Translations under genes and position numbers: made by a program
In this document: one piece after another, positions 53,601-61,516 of the stretch
Numbering within the stretch: the stretch's first letter is position 1
Layout: every line of letters starts with the position of its first letter
Notes under the pieces: generated by a model
Told to the model about the DNA's origin: nothing
Database searches by the model: none
The model's input: only the letters and a program-made list of their open reading frames with translations
Assembly: GCA_965200075.1 (NCBI GenBank)
Contig: OZ241338.1
Coordinates: 2,007,898-2,071,897, forward strand
Origin: Capsulimonadaceae bacterium
GTDB taxonomy: Bacteria > Armatimonadota > Armatimonadia > Armatimonadales > Capsulimonadaceae
Length of the DNA: 64,000 nt
Direction of reading: 5' to 3'

Positions 53601-53696
53601 AATCGGCAAGGAAACGGCCAGCAGCAAAGCCGCGCTGAGGGAGCTGATGGAAAGGGGGTAGTGCAAAGCGTTCTCCCGGAAAAGAGTAAAAGACAC
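50688..53696 (-). CDS. Large secreted protein with about five FN3-like modules and an uncharacterised ~400-aa C-terminal domain
   Basis: Signal peptide …LLLAVSLPISAAP. Recurrent FN3-type signatures (AYSVSRDGVPV, YDIYRNGVKF, YTVYQYD, YTVYRDGQTL, YRAYDIERP). The C-terminal region has no motif I recognise. Confidence 0.6.
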   Translation of the reverse strand: MSFTLFRENALHYPLSISSLSAALLLAVSLPISAAPVSVSPPAPRLSARAVGSPVGAQVRLAWSPALLANAYSVSRDGVPVLRSAGLTATDFDVLSGETHTYQITATGPRGAGPAGAPISVRVPAGLPDVIYADSLRNGWQAWGWADLDLSCASPARAGRAIRVAPGPWQALYLHHADVDTRRWAALTFWIHGGAAGGQRLSIRALRAGAPLAPVTLAAPVAGQWRQVSLPLATLGVAQVPDFDGLWISDAAGTGQPAFFLDEMALTPAPAPPAAPAGLTATPGWKSGPDCPDMTMPQIALAWNAVPGATSYDIYRNGVKFQSGVMGTAWTDGDVACGTTYTYAVSAENGGGEGALCPPVTVAAPTPPVSTAILTAPANLSVTGLWRGSASDVLAWTPVPGAVSYTVYQYDTVLARGLSQPSYTLAPGDFLPDLTYTVTATDARGTETLPSAPATAQGALDPTRTPSWMPAAPDVPESLSARAEWNAGRPRIALSWRGHSTDYTYTVYRDGQTLASGVWGLNYFDSDVRPGERHSYRVSGVNVPWRLASESAAFGPVLLAAPLGPPAASAAPVQVTDVRVSDDSAVVSFAPVPGAVDYRAYDIERPNAVKYSGGGLSIEMNGLDPARGADLVVEAVDKLGPFQRMDGSLGPGAMQMDGMHTATNGQGDPSNVPNVLAASAPVPVTLQPLTLGGSQVFFDTFRDEAPLLAHPLPAPQGEEYYGRSGQFAESANDKWTVREYGADLQNSRVFFMNNHFMDTLYDGGTPGFGDPMHNTNASLVMMPNATADISGGRVLHVTFEVDAHMDSRRWCDVQIAAAGDLLIRPGKVTPGDRPLQPATTSGESLRWEIKGDLHQLMVYHNTGTPAAPVMQEEDLLNIDWATGATDRFGPAARTRWDGVPLANGTMQDLDKRHTFDLYLSRTHCRILESGVVIKDADFSAPLPFTLCQVYWVHQLYHSSNDRAELLDYSPQDTYWINNRPWSDERHWDNMGFSVLNAFPMLP

Positions 53697-53776
53697 TTTT
53701 ATCTTCGGGTCAGCGCAGGTGCGGCAGGAGAAGACCGGGCAAAAACAGGTATGTTTGCGGGGAGGTGCTACCCCTC

Positions 53777-54199
53777 TCAGCCCAGCGCCTGCCGCACCCA
53801 GGCTTCAATCGCGGGGGCGGGGCGTGCGCCGGACGTTCGGGCGGCTTCTTTGCCGCCGCGAAACACCGCCATTGTCGGAAGGGACTGGATTTGGAAGCGT
53901 GCGCCAAGCGTGGGCAGGGCCTCCGTGTTGATTTTCACCACCAGCCAGCGGCCCGCGCTCGACTGAGCGACTTTGGCGACCTCGGGCGCGACCATCCGGC
54001 ACGGGCCGCACCAGGGTGCCCAGAAGTCCACCACCACCGGCAGGGGCGACGCAGAAAGCGCGTCCCACTGCGCCGCCGACGCCACATCCAGCGGCACGCC
54101 GGGCATAGTCAGCGCGGCGTGACACTGCCCGCAGGTGGCCGGGTCGGTGAGCTTCGCATACGGCAGGCGGTTCTTCTGCCCGCACTGAGCGCAGGCCAT
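53777..54199 (-). CDS. trxC: Thioredoxin with N-terminal zinc finger (Trx2 type)
   Basis: ATG at 54199 with AAGGA upstream. CAQCGQKN…CGQCH, then WAPWCGPCR. Confidence 0.85.
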   Translation of the reverse strand: MACAQCGQKNRLPYAKLTDPATCGQCHAALTMPGVPLDVASAAQWDALSASPLPVVVDFWAPWCGPCRMVAPEVAKVAQSSAGRWLVVKINTEALPTLGARFQIQSLPTMAVFRGGKEAARTSGARPAPAIEAWVRQALG

Positions 54200-54209
54200 C
54201 ACTATTCCT

Positions 54210-54737
54210 TTACCGTCGAGTGCTGGCATTGTCTTGTGCTTTCTCGCTCCAAAAGCGGGCGGCAGTTTCCGTGTGCGTCGAAAACGCCAGCGGCTGCGGG
54301 CCGCGTGCAATTACCATTTCAGACGTTTCATTGGAAGGCCGGAAGGGCGGCAGTGCGCCTTCGGCCACAGGAGCGGCCCGGCCAAAAACCAGCACCGTGC
54401 CATCGGGGGCGCTGTGAACATCAAAGAGCGTGATGCCATCGGGGTCAATCACAATCCCCGTTTCTTCCTCCACTTCGCGTGCCCCGGCCTGTCGCCAGCT
54501 TTCGCCCAGCTCCATATAGCCGCCCGGCAGGGACAGATGCCCCGCCTGCGGCTCCTGCGTGCGCCGCACCAGCAGGAGGCCGTTCGCGCCAATCGGCAGC
54601 AGCACGACCGAGACAGGCAGCGGATTTCGATACGTCGTGTTTTCACACACAGGGCAGCGGCGCGGCCAGGGCTGCTCGGGGGCAAAGGCCGCGCCGCAGA
54701 ATGAGCAATGCGAGTCTTTGGAAAAGGCGGGTGTCAT
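54210..54737 (-). CDS. NUDIX hydrolase with N-terminal zinc ribbon
   Basis: CSFCGA…CPVCEN, then Nudix box GGYMELGESWRQAGAREVEEETG. Confidence 0.85.
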   Translation of the reverse strand: MTPAFSKDSHCSFCGAAFAPEQPWPRRCPVCENTTYRNPLPVSVVLLPIGANGLLLVRRTQEPQAGHLSLPGGYMELGESWRQAGAREVEEETGIVIDPDGITLFDVHSAPDGTVLVFGRAAPVAEGALPPFRPSNETSEMVIARGPQPLAFSTHTETAARFWSEKAQDNASTRR

Positions 54738-54816
54738 GTTAATTTAAAGACCGGGAACGTGGATTAAGTTCCACTCAGCGTCCAAATTTGGCGCAAAACA
54801 TGGTAAAAATAAGGGG

Positions 54817-56367
54817 ATGAATACGTTTTTGGTGGCAGGGTTGAAAACAAGCGGCTTTTCAGGGCGGGATGCTCCGGCACTCATGGCGGGCCTGCTGTCG
54901 GCGCTGCTGGGGCTGACCGTACTGGCCGGCTGGTACACGCACAACGAGACGCTGCTGCATGTTATGCCGTCGTTTGTGGCGATGGCCTACAACACGTCGC
55001 TGGGCTTCTTTTTGTGCGGCCTGAGCCTGACGGCGTCCTCGCTTTCTGGCGCCCGCCTCGCCCGCATCGCGGCCCTCACTGCCGCCCTGGTCGTTTCGGC
55101 GCTGAGCCTGCTGACGCTGGCCGAATATGCGTTTGAGCTGAACTTGGGCATTGACCAGCTTCTCATGCACAGCTACACGCGAGCAAGTGTCACCCATCCG
55201 GGGCGCATGGCGCTGTCCACGGCTCTGTGTTTTGCCCTGACCGCGCTGCCTCTGGCGGCCCGCCAGTTCCAGCGCACTTCCAGGCCGACGCTGATGGCTC
55301 TGGCGGGGTCTCTGGTGTTTACCCTGGGAATGATCGCGCTGTCGGGATATTTCACAGGCATCGTTCGCTCGTATGCCTGGGGCGAACTCACACGCATGGC
55401 GGTTCACACCGCGTCCGGGTTTCTGGTGCTGGGCGTCGGGCTGATTTTGCTGGCCTGGCGCGACGAAGTGGCCGCAGGCCGGACAGGGCGGCGCTGGCTG
55501 CCGCTGTTTGTGGGGGTTGGGGCCGCCGCCGCCGCGCTGTGCCTGTGGCAGGCATTGGCAGTGGAGCAGGGAGCGCAGGTGGCCGCCCTGCGCCGCCTGG
55601 AAGCACAGGATGCCGGGCTGCCACTACCCGCACTGAACGCGATTCAGGAGGCACTGCCGAAAGTGGCCCTGCTTGGTGGCCTGCTTCTCTCAGCCCTGTT
55701 GGCCTGGTCGGTCTTTCTCGCACAGGTGGCCCGCCGTCAGGCCGCCGCCCTGGAGGCCGCGCAGGACAGCCTCGAAGCGCGGGTCGCCGCCCGTACCGGC
55801 GAGCTGGCGGAAGCCAACAAAGCCCTGCACCGACTGGCAGGCTGGCAGCGCGGCTTTCTGCGGGACGTGTTAGCCTCGGTTACCGAAGGCAAACTGCGCC
55901 TGTGCGACACCGCGAGCGACCTGCCTGCCCGGCACGGCTCGCTGTGGGGTACGCCGCTGCACCTGCACGCGGGCACGGGCCTTGCGGACCTACGCCGCCG
56001 TGCTACCGAAGCCGCTGAAGCGGCTCAGTTCTCCCCGGAACGTCTCGCCGACTTGATTACTGCCGTCAACGAAGCAGGCATGAACGCCGTGGTCCACGCC
56101 GGAGCAGGCACGGTCCATGTCGCCCTCGACGCCGACGCGGGCCTCGTTCAAGTCTGGGTCGAAGACACAGGCTCCGGCATCACGATGGAAAACCTGCCCC
56201 GCGCCACGCTGGCACGCGGCTTCACCACGGCGGGTACATTGGGCCACGGCCTGAAACTGATGCTGCAAACCACCGACCGCCTTTGGCTGCTGACCGGCCC
56301 CACCGGAACCGTCGTGGTTTTAGAGCAGGACCGCACCCCGCCCCCACCTCTTTGGGCCGCCCCGTGA
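54817..56367 (+). CDS. Polytopic membrane sensor with C-terminal GHKL ATPase (RsbW/SpoIIAB-like) domain
   Basis: About 8 TM helices (…LAGWYTHNETLLHVMPSFVAMAYNTSLGFFLCG…), a coiled coil, then LITAVNEAGMNAVVHAGAGTVHV…VWVEDTGSGI…GHGLKLM. No DHp His box recognised. Confidence 0.6.
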   Translation: MNTFLVAGLKTSGFSGRDAPALMAGLLSALLGLTVLAGWYTHNETLLHVMPSFVAMAYNTSLGFFLCGLSLTASSLSGARLARIAALTAALVVSALSLLTLAEYAFELNLGIDQLLMHSYTRASVTHPGRMALSTALCFALTALPLAARQFQRTSRPTLMALAGSLVFTLGMIALSGYFTGIVRSYAWGELTRMAVHTASGFLVLGVGLILLAWRDEVAAGRTGRRWLPLFVGVGAAAAALCLWQALAVEQGAQVAALRRLEAQDAGLPLPALNAIQEALPKVALLGGLLLSALLAWSVFLAQVARRQAAALEAAQDSLEARVAARTGELAEANKALHRLAGWQRGFLRDVLASVTEGKLRLCDTASDLPARHGSLWGTPLHLHAGTGLADLRRRATEAAEAAQFSPERLADLITAVNEAGMNAVVHAGAGTVHVALDADAGLVQVWVEDTGSGITMENLPRATLARGFTTAGTLGHGLKLMLQTTDRLWLLTGPTGTVVVLEQDRTPPPPLWAAP

Positions 56368-56389
56368 GACCGCAAAAGAAGCCCTGAAC

Positions 56390-56507
56390 GGCCCCCCCGC
56401 CCCCAATAATGGGGGAGCCAGATTAGGACAAGAGTAGGAGGGCGCAGCGCCCCTACACATTTATCTGGCTCCCTCTCCTTTCGTAAGGAGAGGGCTGGGG
56501 TGAGGTT
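56390..56507. repeat. Composite palindromic repeat (three modules of the family)
   Basis: ggcccccccgcccccaataatgggggagcc + agattaggac + gtaggagggcgc/gcgcccctac hairpin + ctggctc + ccctctcctttcgtaaggagagggctggggtgaggtt. Confidence 0.8.
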
Positions 56508-56741
56508 ATCTTGGGCCTTTCGGCAAAGTTTCTGAACTGCCATTGTGTTCGTTTGAAAGTGGCAGGATAGGTGGCCTTCAGGCGGCGAAACACAGGCTCT
56601 CGAATCTCGGCAGGCGGGGCCGAAGGCTGTTTTTTGGAGGCGGATTGGAAAGCTCATAGCGGACGCCGAGCGCGTCCGGTGACTCCAGTGTCTGGCGTGC
56701 TGTCTGTGATCAGGGCAGTCATGGGTTTTTCTTTTGCCTTT

Positions 56742-57449
56742 TTATGATACCAGCAAGCGCGGCAGAACTTCTTCGGCGCGGCCTAAAACTACCTCGTCAA
56801 ACTCCCCCGCCCCCTCGCCTGCGTCCAGATTGACCAGCACCGTTTTTGCCCCCGCCTGAGCGGCCAGTCCCACAAACGCGGCGGCGGGCCAGACGGTCCC
56901 GGACGTGCCGACGGCCAGGAACAAGTCGCAGGCGACGAGGGCCGAATTGGCGCGGCGCAGGGCAAGTTCGGGCAGGGTCTCGCCGAACAGGACGACATCC
57001 GGGCGCAGGCCGTGGCCGCAATTCGGGCATTCGGGGACGGCATGGTAGGAGCGCGTGTCGGCAAACGGCGGCAAGTCGCAATGGGGGTTGGTGCAGCGGG
57101 TCCGAAACGCCGAGCCGTGCAGCTCTATGGTTTCCGGGCTGCTTGCGCGGGCGTGGAGGCCGTCGACGTTCTGCGTGAACAGAGTCACGGCGTCAGGGCG
57201 GGCGTTCTGGAAAGAAGCAATGGCAAAGTGCGCGGGGTTAGGACCGGACGCGAGGGCAAGGGCGCGGCGCTCGCTGTAAAGCCGCCACAGGCCCGGCAGG
57301 CTGCCGGGCAGGTTCCGGGCATCTACCAGCGGCGCGAGGTCGTCCTGCTCCCACAACCCGCCCGGCCCCCGATAGGTCGGCAGGCCCGAGGCGACGGACA
57401 CGCCCGCGCCGGTGAGAATAACAATGCGGCGATATTCAGAAAGCGTCAT
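56742..57449 (-). CDS. cobB: NAD-dependent protein deacylase (Sir2/CobB)
   Basis: ILTGAGVSVASGLPTYRG, the QNVDGLH motif, and Zn site CTNPHC…CPNC. Confidence 0.9.
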   Translation of the reverse strand: MTLSEYRRIVILTGAGVSVASGLPTYRGPGGLWEQDDLAPLVDARNLPGSLPGLWRLYSERRALALASGPNPAHFAIASFQNARPDAVTLFTQNVDGLHARASSPETIELHGSAFRTRCTNPHCDLPPFADTRSYHAVPECPNCGHGLRPDVVLFGETLPELALRRANSALVACDLFLAVGTSGTVWPAAAFVGLAAQAGAKTVLVNLDAGEGAGEFDEVVLGRAEEVLPRLLVS

Positions 57450-58099
57450 GGGGCGGGAAACAGCGGGGCGTAGATCGTTTTGATCGTGTTCACATCGCGG
57501 GGAGACAGCAGCACGTCCTGATTGGGGTCGTGCAGGGCGAACATCTCATCGGTGGCGACGGGGCTGTGCCCGCCGACGCCGAGGGCGTGGCCGAACTCAT
57601 GCGTGGCCGTGGCAAGCTGCCCCTGTGTCAGCTCGGTCGGGGTGATGTCGGGCCAGACGAAAATCTGCATGGCGGCGGCGGTCAGCACCGACCCGGTGTG
57701 GGCCACGGTCGTGATGCCGGTTTCCGCCTGCCCCTGCGGGTCCGGGACGGTGACGGCGGAAACCGTAATCTGCGCCAACGCGGGGTCGGTGACGACCTGA
57801 TACGAGACAACGCCATTGGTAGCCGCAGGCCAGCGATCAAAACCCGACTGGAACAGCATGTTCAGCCGGGTCGCCGTGCCGCCTTTGGGGGTGATCGTCA
57901 AGTCGTTGGCAAAATAAACGCGCACCGGCAGCGCGGGCCAGTGGTACGGGGTGATGGAGGCGACATAATTAGGCGTAAATGACGCGGCAGCGGGCGCGGG
58001 CGCACTGCTGCCGCCACCCCCGCCGCCGCAGCCGGTGAGAGCAAAGGGGAGGCCGAAGGCGGAGAGGGTCAAAGCGAGGGCGGCGTATGTTTTGTTCAT
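57446..58099 (-). CDS. Matrixin-type zinc metalloprotease lipoprotein
   Basis: ATG at 58099. Lipobox LTGC followed by a Gly run, and HEFGHALGVGGHS (HExxHxxGxxH). ATGA overlap with cobB. Confidence 0.75.
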   Translation of the reverse strand: MNKTYAALALTLSAFGLPFALTGCGGGGGGSSAPAPAAASFTPNYVASITPYHWPALPVRVYFANDLTITPKGGTATRLNMLFQSGFDRWPAATNGVVSYQVVTDPALAQITVSAVTVPDPQGQAETGITTVAHTGSVLTAAAMQIFVWPDITPTELTQGQLATATHEFGHALGVGGHSPVATDEMFALHDPNQDVLLSPRDVNTIKTIYAPLFPAP

Positions 58100-58152
58100 G
58101 GGTTTGTCTTGCTTGTGCCGGAAAAATGGAACGGCCACAGGAACGAGGGCAT

Positions 58153-58463
58153 GAGGACGAGGACGCAGGACGAGGGGTTAAAACCCCTCGCTGGCAGGCG
58201 CTTCGCGCCGAGCGGCCCAAGATTAGGACAGGGCGGCCTACTGTCTGCATCTTAATTCTTTGGCTTTCCGGCGTCCGCGCCTCCGAGCGAGGGGTTTTAA
58301 CCCCTCGAAAAAGAGCATGGGGGTTCAGCCCCGTGGTCCTAAACGCGGAAGCCGAAAGAACCTTACCCCAGCCCTCTCCTTCGGACTAGATCGGACAGGA
58401 GGGCGCGATAAATCACGCCCCTACTCCTAATCCGGTTCCCCCAGAATTGGGAGCTAGGGGCCT
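58153..58463. repeat. Array of at least six different palindromic repeat modules (about 310 bp, non-coding)
   Basis: cgaggggtt(t)taacccctcg x2 (58171-58190, 58289-58308). agattaggac. catgggggttcagccccgtg (also at 60652). A truncated ccctctcc module. A ggagggcgcg..cacgcccct hairpin. Terminal ggttcccccagaattgggagctaggggcc arm. Confidence 0.8.
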
Positions 58464-58464
58464 T

Positions 58465-60591
58465 CTACTCCCCCGTAATCTTCAGCACCAATGCCCCATA
58501 TTTGTCTAGCTTGCCCGGCCCGACGCCGCTGACGGCCAGCAGGTCGTCCTCGGACTGCGGGCGGTGGCGGGCAATCTCCATCAGCGTTTTGTCGCTGAAC
58601 ACGCAGTAGGGCGGGACGGCCTCGCGGGATGCCTGCTGGGTGCGCCACAGCTTCAGCTCGGTCAGAACGTCGTCGCTGCCTGCATCGTTCGCGTTCCACT
58701 GACTTGGGTTGCGGGGCAGAGAGACGGGCACGGCGGCCTCGTTCTGCCAGGCCGTGCGGCCTTTGGCGGTGACGGTGCAGACAAAGTAGGCGTCTTCGTC
58801 GCCCTGATGCAGCAGGCCCGCCGACACTAACGCTTCTAAAAAGTCGTTGACACCCGCCTGAGTCGAGCCGCGAAACAGACCAAACAGCGGATGGCTTTCC
58901 GGGGCCGGGCCGCGCCCTTCTTTAGCGGCAACCCCGCGCAGCAGCTTGTTCAAGCGCGTTTTGCCCACGGCGGGCTTCATGGCGTCGAGGGCGTGCAGGA
59001 CGGAATGGATGTCGGCGGGGTCGACTTCCACGGGCATCGGCACGGACGGCAGGCGGGGCTGTTCCCGCGCCGACACTTCGGCCTCGGATTTGGGGGCGTC
59101 GCAGTTGTCGCAGCAGAACGCCGTCGTCGGCGGCTCCTGCCGGTCCCCGAAGTAGTCCAAAACGGTGCGGCGGCGGCAGTACGGCGTTTTGCAGTAGTCG
59201 ATGATTTCGTCGAGGCGGCGCAGACGATTGGCCCGCTGCTTCGCTAAATCGGCGGCGATCCCCTGCCGCGCCGACACTGGGAAGTCGCGCCGGGTAAGCG
59301 TCAGCGTCGTGCCATCGCCGGTCTGCGCCACGCGGGTCACGAGTTCCGCCCGCTCCAGCTCGCCGAGGGCGAGGCGCGACTTGATATCGCTCCAATCCAG
59401 CGCCATCCCCCACCCTTTCGGCAGGCGGGCGGTATTCTCTTTGTCGGTGTGGGCGCGGATAATGCCGAATGCCTGCTCAGTCGCGCCGACGGTCAGGGCC
59501 TCGTTGTCGATAAACCATTCGCGGGTGCGCCGGTCCGCGAAGTGGTACAAAATGACGCAGCGGCTCTTTTCGCCGTCGCGCCCGGCCCGGCCCGCCTCTT
59601 GGTAATAACTCTCTAAGCTGTCCGGGCAGGCGCAGTGGATCACAAAGCGGACATCGGGCTTGTCGATGCCCATGCCAAAGGCGTTGGTGGCGACTAAGAC
59701 CTGCCGCTCGCCGTCCAGCCAGTCTCGCTGCATCTGCGTTCGCACATCGGCGTCCAGCCCGGCGTGGTACATTCCGGCCCGCTGCCCGATCTTCGCCAGC
59801 GCCCGGTCGGCCTCTTCAAAGACCTGCTCGCACTGCTTGCGGGTCGCCACATAAATCAAGCCGGAGCCGCCCCGCGCCGACAGCTTGGGCAGGGCACGCA
59901 GGAGCTTGTCTTCCCGGTCCTGCTCGCTTTTGCACCGATGCACCGAAAAATGCAGATTGGGCCGGTTGAAGCCGCCGACCAAAATTAAAGGGTCCCGCAT
60001 CCCCAAATTGGCGACTATCGACTCCTGCACCCGCTTGGTGGCCGTGGCCGTCGCGGCAAACAGCGGCGGATTGCCGAGCGTTTCCACCACTTCGCGCAGA
60101 CTGAGATAGTCGGGCCGGAAGTCGTGCCCCCACTCGGAGATGCAGTGCGCTTCGTCCACCACGAACCGGGCGACAGTAACGGCTTGGAGGGCGTCCATAA
60201 ACGCCCCCGACCGAAACCGCTCCGGGGCCACATAAATCAGCTTGACCCGCCCCCCGCGAATGTCTCTGAGCAGCGCCGATTGCTCCTCCGACGACTGCAA
60301 CGACGTCAGCGCCGCACAGCCAATTTTCTCAAACTCAGGCCGGTTGTTGAGCGCATCCACCTGATCGCGCATCAGGGCAATCAGCGGCGACACTACCACC
60401 GTCACGCCTTCCGACAGCGCGGCAGGAAGCTGAAACGTCAGCGACTTCCCCGCCCCCGTCGGCATGACGACCAGCACATCCCGCCCTGCCAGCGTCCCTT
60501 CGACGGCCTCCCGCTGCAAGGGCCGGAACTCGCCGTAGCCATAATAAGTTTGCAGGGATTGTTCTAAGTTTGGGATAGTCACAGGCCACAT
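58465..60591 (-). CDS. recQ: ATP-dependent DNA helicase RecQ
   Basis: ATG at 60591. YGYGEFRPLQREA, PTGAGKSLTFQLPA, DEAHCISEWGHDFRPDY, RQC zinc cluster (CRRR…CCDNC), and C-terminal HRDC (PPYCVFSDKTLMEIA). Confidence 0.9.
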   Translation of the reverse strand: MWPVTIPNLEQSLQTYYGYGEFRPLQREAVEGTLAGRDVLVVMPTGAGKSLTFQLPAALSEGVTVVVSPLIALMRDQVDALNNRPEFEKIGCAALTSLQSSEEQSALLRDIRGGRVKLIYVAPERFRSGAFMDALQAVTVARFVVDEAHCISEWGHDFRPDYLSLREVVETLGNPPLFAATATATKRVQESIVANLGMRDPLILVGGFNRPNLHFSVHRCKSEQDREDKLLRALPKLSARGGSGLIYVATRKQCEQVFEEADRALAKIGQRAGMYHAGLDADVRTQMQRDWLDGERQVLVATNAFGMGIDKPDVRFVIHCACPDSLESYYQEAGRAGRDGEKSRCVILYHFADRRTREWFIDNEALTVGATEQAFGIIRAHTDKENTARLPKGWGMALDWSDIKSRLALGELERAELVTRVAQTGDGTTLTLTRRDFPVSARQGIAADLAKQRANRLRRLDEIIDYCKTPYCRRRTVLDYFGDRQEPPTTAFCCDNCDAPKSEAEVSAREQPRLPSVPMPVEVDPADIHSVLHALDAMKPAVGKTRLNKLLRGVAAKEGRGPAPESHPLFGLFRGSTQAGVNDFLEALVSAGLLHQGDEDAYFVCTVTAKGRTAWQNEAAVPVSLPRNPSQWNANDAGSDDVLTELKLWRTQQASREAVPPYCVFSDKTLMEIARHRPQSEDDLLAVSGVGPGKLDKYGALVLKITGE

Positions 60592-60651
60592 CTTTCGCAG
60601 GGACAAAAACAAAGACCGAACAGATGTATTATACCTGATAAAGAACAAAGC

Positions 60652-60671
60652 CATGGGGGTTCAGCCCCATG
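60652..60671 (-). terminator. Hairpin (repeat module) immediately after a stop codon
   Basis: catgggg-gttcag-ccccatg, 1 nt after the stop at 60673. T-rich on the minus strand afterwards. Same module as 58316-58335. Confidence 0.45.
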
Positions 60672-60672
60672 T

Positions 60673-61128
60673 TCAGTGGCCTGCCTCTTTGTCTCCATGC
60701 TCTTTTTCTTCATGCTCCTGCGCTTCGGCGCGGGCTTCTTTGGCGGCGTTTGTATTAAGGGCAAACTGATGACCGGCAGCGTCGGCGTCGTGCTTTTGCT
60801 GTTCGGTGGCGGCTTTTTCTTCGGGGGAGAGCTTGTCCCAGGCTTCTTTCGGCAGGTAGCGGTGCATTCCGTCGGCCTGCGCGGCGGGCTGGCCGTCCTG
60901 CGTGGTCCACTTCTCTTCGGTCCACTCGTGCAGGTGTTCCTGCGCTTCGGTCGGCTTCTCGGAGAGGTAGCCGCCGCCCGCTTTTTCGTACTCATGGACC
61001 AGAAGCTGCGATTTGCGGGCGCTCCACTGGCCGGAACGACCGCCTTTGTCGACCTCCATGATCTCGTCTTTGAGCCGCTGACGCAAAGCGGGGTCGGTGT
61101 AAGTCTGTTCGGGGGATTTCGCGGCCAT
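60673..61128 (-). CDS. Conserved-looking hypothetical protein, charged
   Basis: YTDPALRQRLKDEIMEVDKGGRSGQWSARKSQLLVHEYEKAGGGY. I believe this N-terminal block recurs in other bacteria, but I cannot name the family with certainty. Confidence 0.5.
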   Translation of the reverse strand: MAAKSPEQTYTDPALRQRLKDEIMEVDKGGRSGQWSARKSQLLVHEYEKAGGGYLSEKPTEAQEHLHEWTEEKWTTQDGQPAAQADGMHRYLPKEAWDKLSPEEKAATEQQKHDADAAGHQFALNTNAAKEARAEAQEHEEKEHGDKEAGH

Positions 61129-61207
61129 TGGGATGCCTCGGTTCTAAGCCGCCTGCGGGCGACAGGGCCGTTGTACCCGGTGGCCGCCGCGAGAAAACAC
61201 CAAAAAG

Positions 61208-61492
61208 TCAGTGCCAGGTATGAGTGAAACTGACCAGCACGAACAGCAGGAGCGCCCCGGCCAGCAGGCCCAGCACCACGGCCAGCAGCAGCGGGCGGTG
61301 GCTGGCTCCCGTCGGCGCAGGCGGCGGTTCCTCGGACAGCAGCTCACCGGGGGCAAGACGGATAAACTGGGTAGTGTCGATTTCTTTCTGCTGGGTAAAG
61401 GCAGACTTCGGAGGGGCGGGGCGGCCACAATTCGGGCAGGAAGACGTGCCCGGCGTTAGGGCGGTGAGACACTTAATGCAGCGTGGGGGCAT
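61208..61492 (-). CDS. Zinc-ribbon membrane protein
   Basis: CIKC…CPNCG, followed by a C-terminal TM helix LLLAVVLGLLAGALLLFVLV. Confidence 0.5.
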   Translation of the reverse strand: MPPRCIKCLTALTPGTSSCPNCGRPAPPKSAFTQQKEIDTTQFIRLAPGELLSEEPPPAPTGASHRPLLLAVVLGLLAGALLLFVLVSFTHTWH

Positions 61493-61516
61493 TGGTACTT
61501 GAACTTTCTGCGGTTT

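Noticed and set aside
51717-53966. 749-aa plus-strand ORF, plus other long antisense ORFs: 10433..11806(-), 10386..11414(-), 18075..19631(+), 19752..21233(+), 22347..23405(+), 26482..27603(-), 47808..49001(+), 38194..39210(+).
   Set aside because: They lie entirely opposite well-supported genes (FN3 protein, aminotransferase/rtcA, nrdJ, PoxB-like, GT/SIS, kinase). Their translations are Arg/Gly/Pro/Ala-rich with no motifs. This is the typical shadow-ORF artefact of high-GC DNA.
56148-56657. 169-aa minus-strand ORF in the gap after the sensor gene.
   Set aside because: It reads through the palindromic repeat modules (the …LTPALSLRKEREP… peptide recurs wherever the repeat occurs) and overlaps the sensor gene 3' end.
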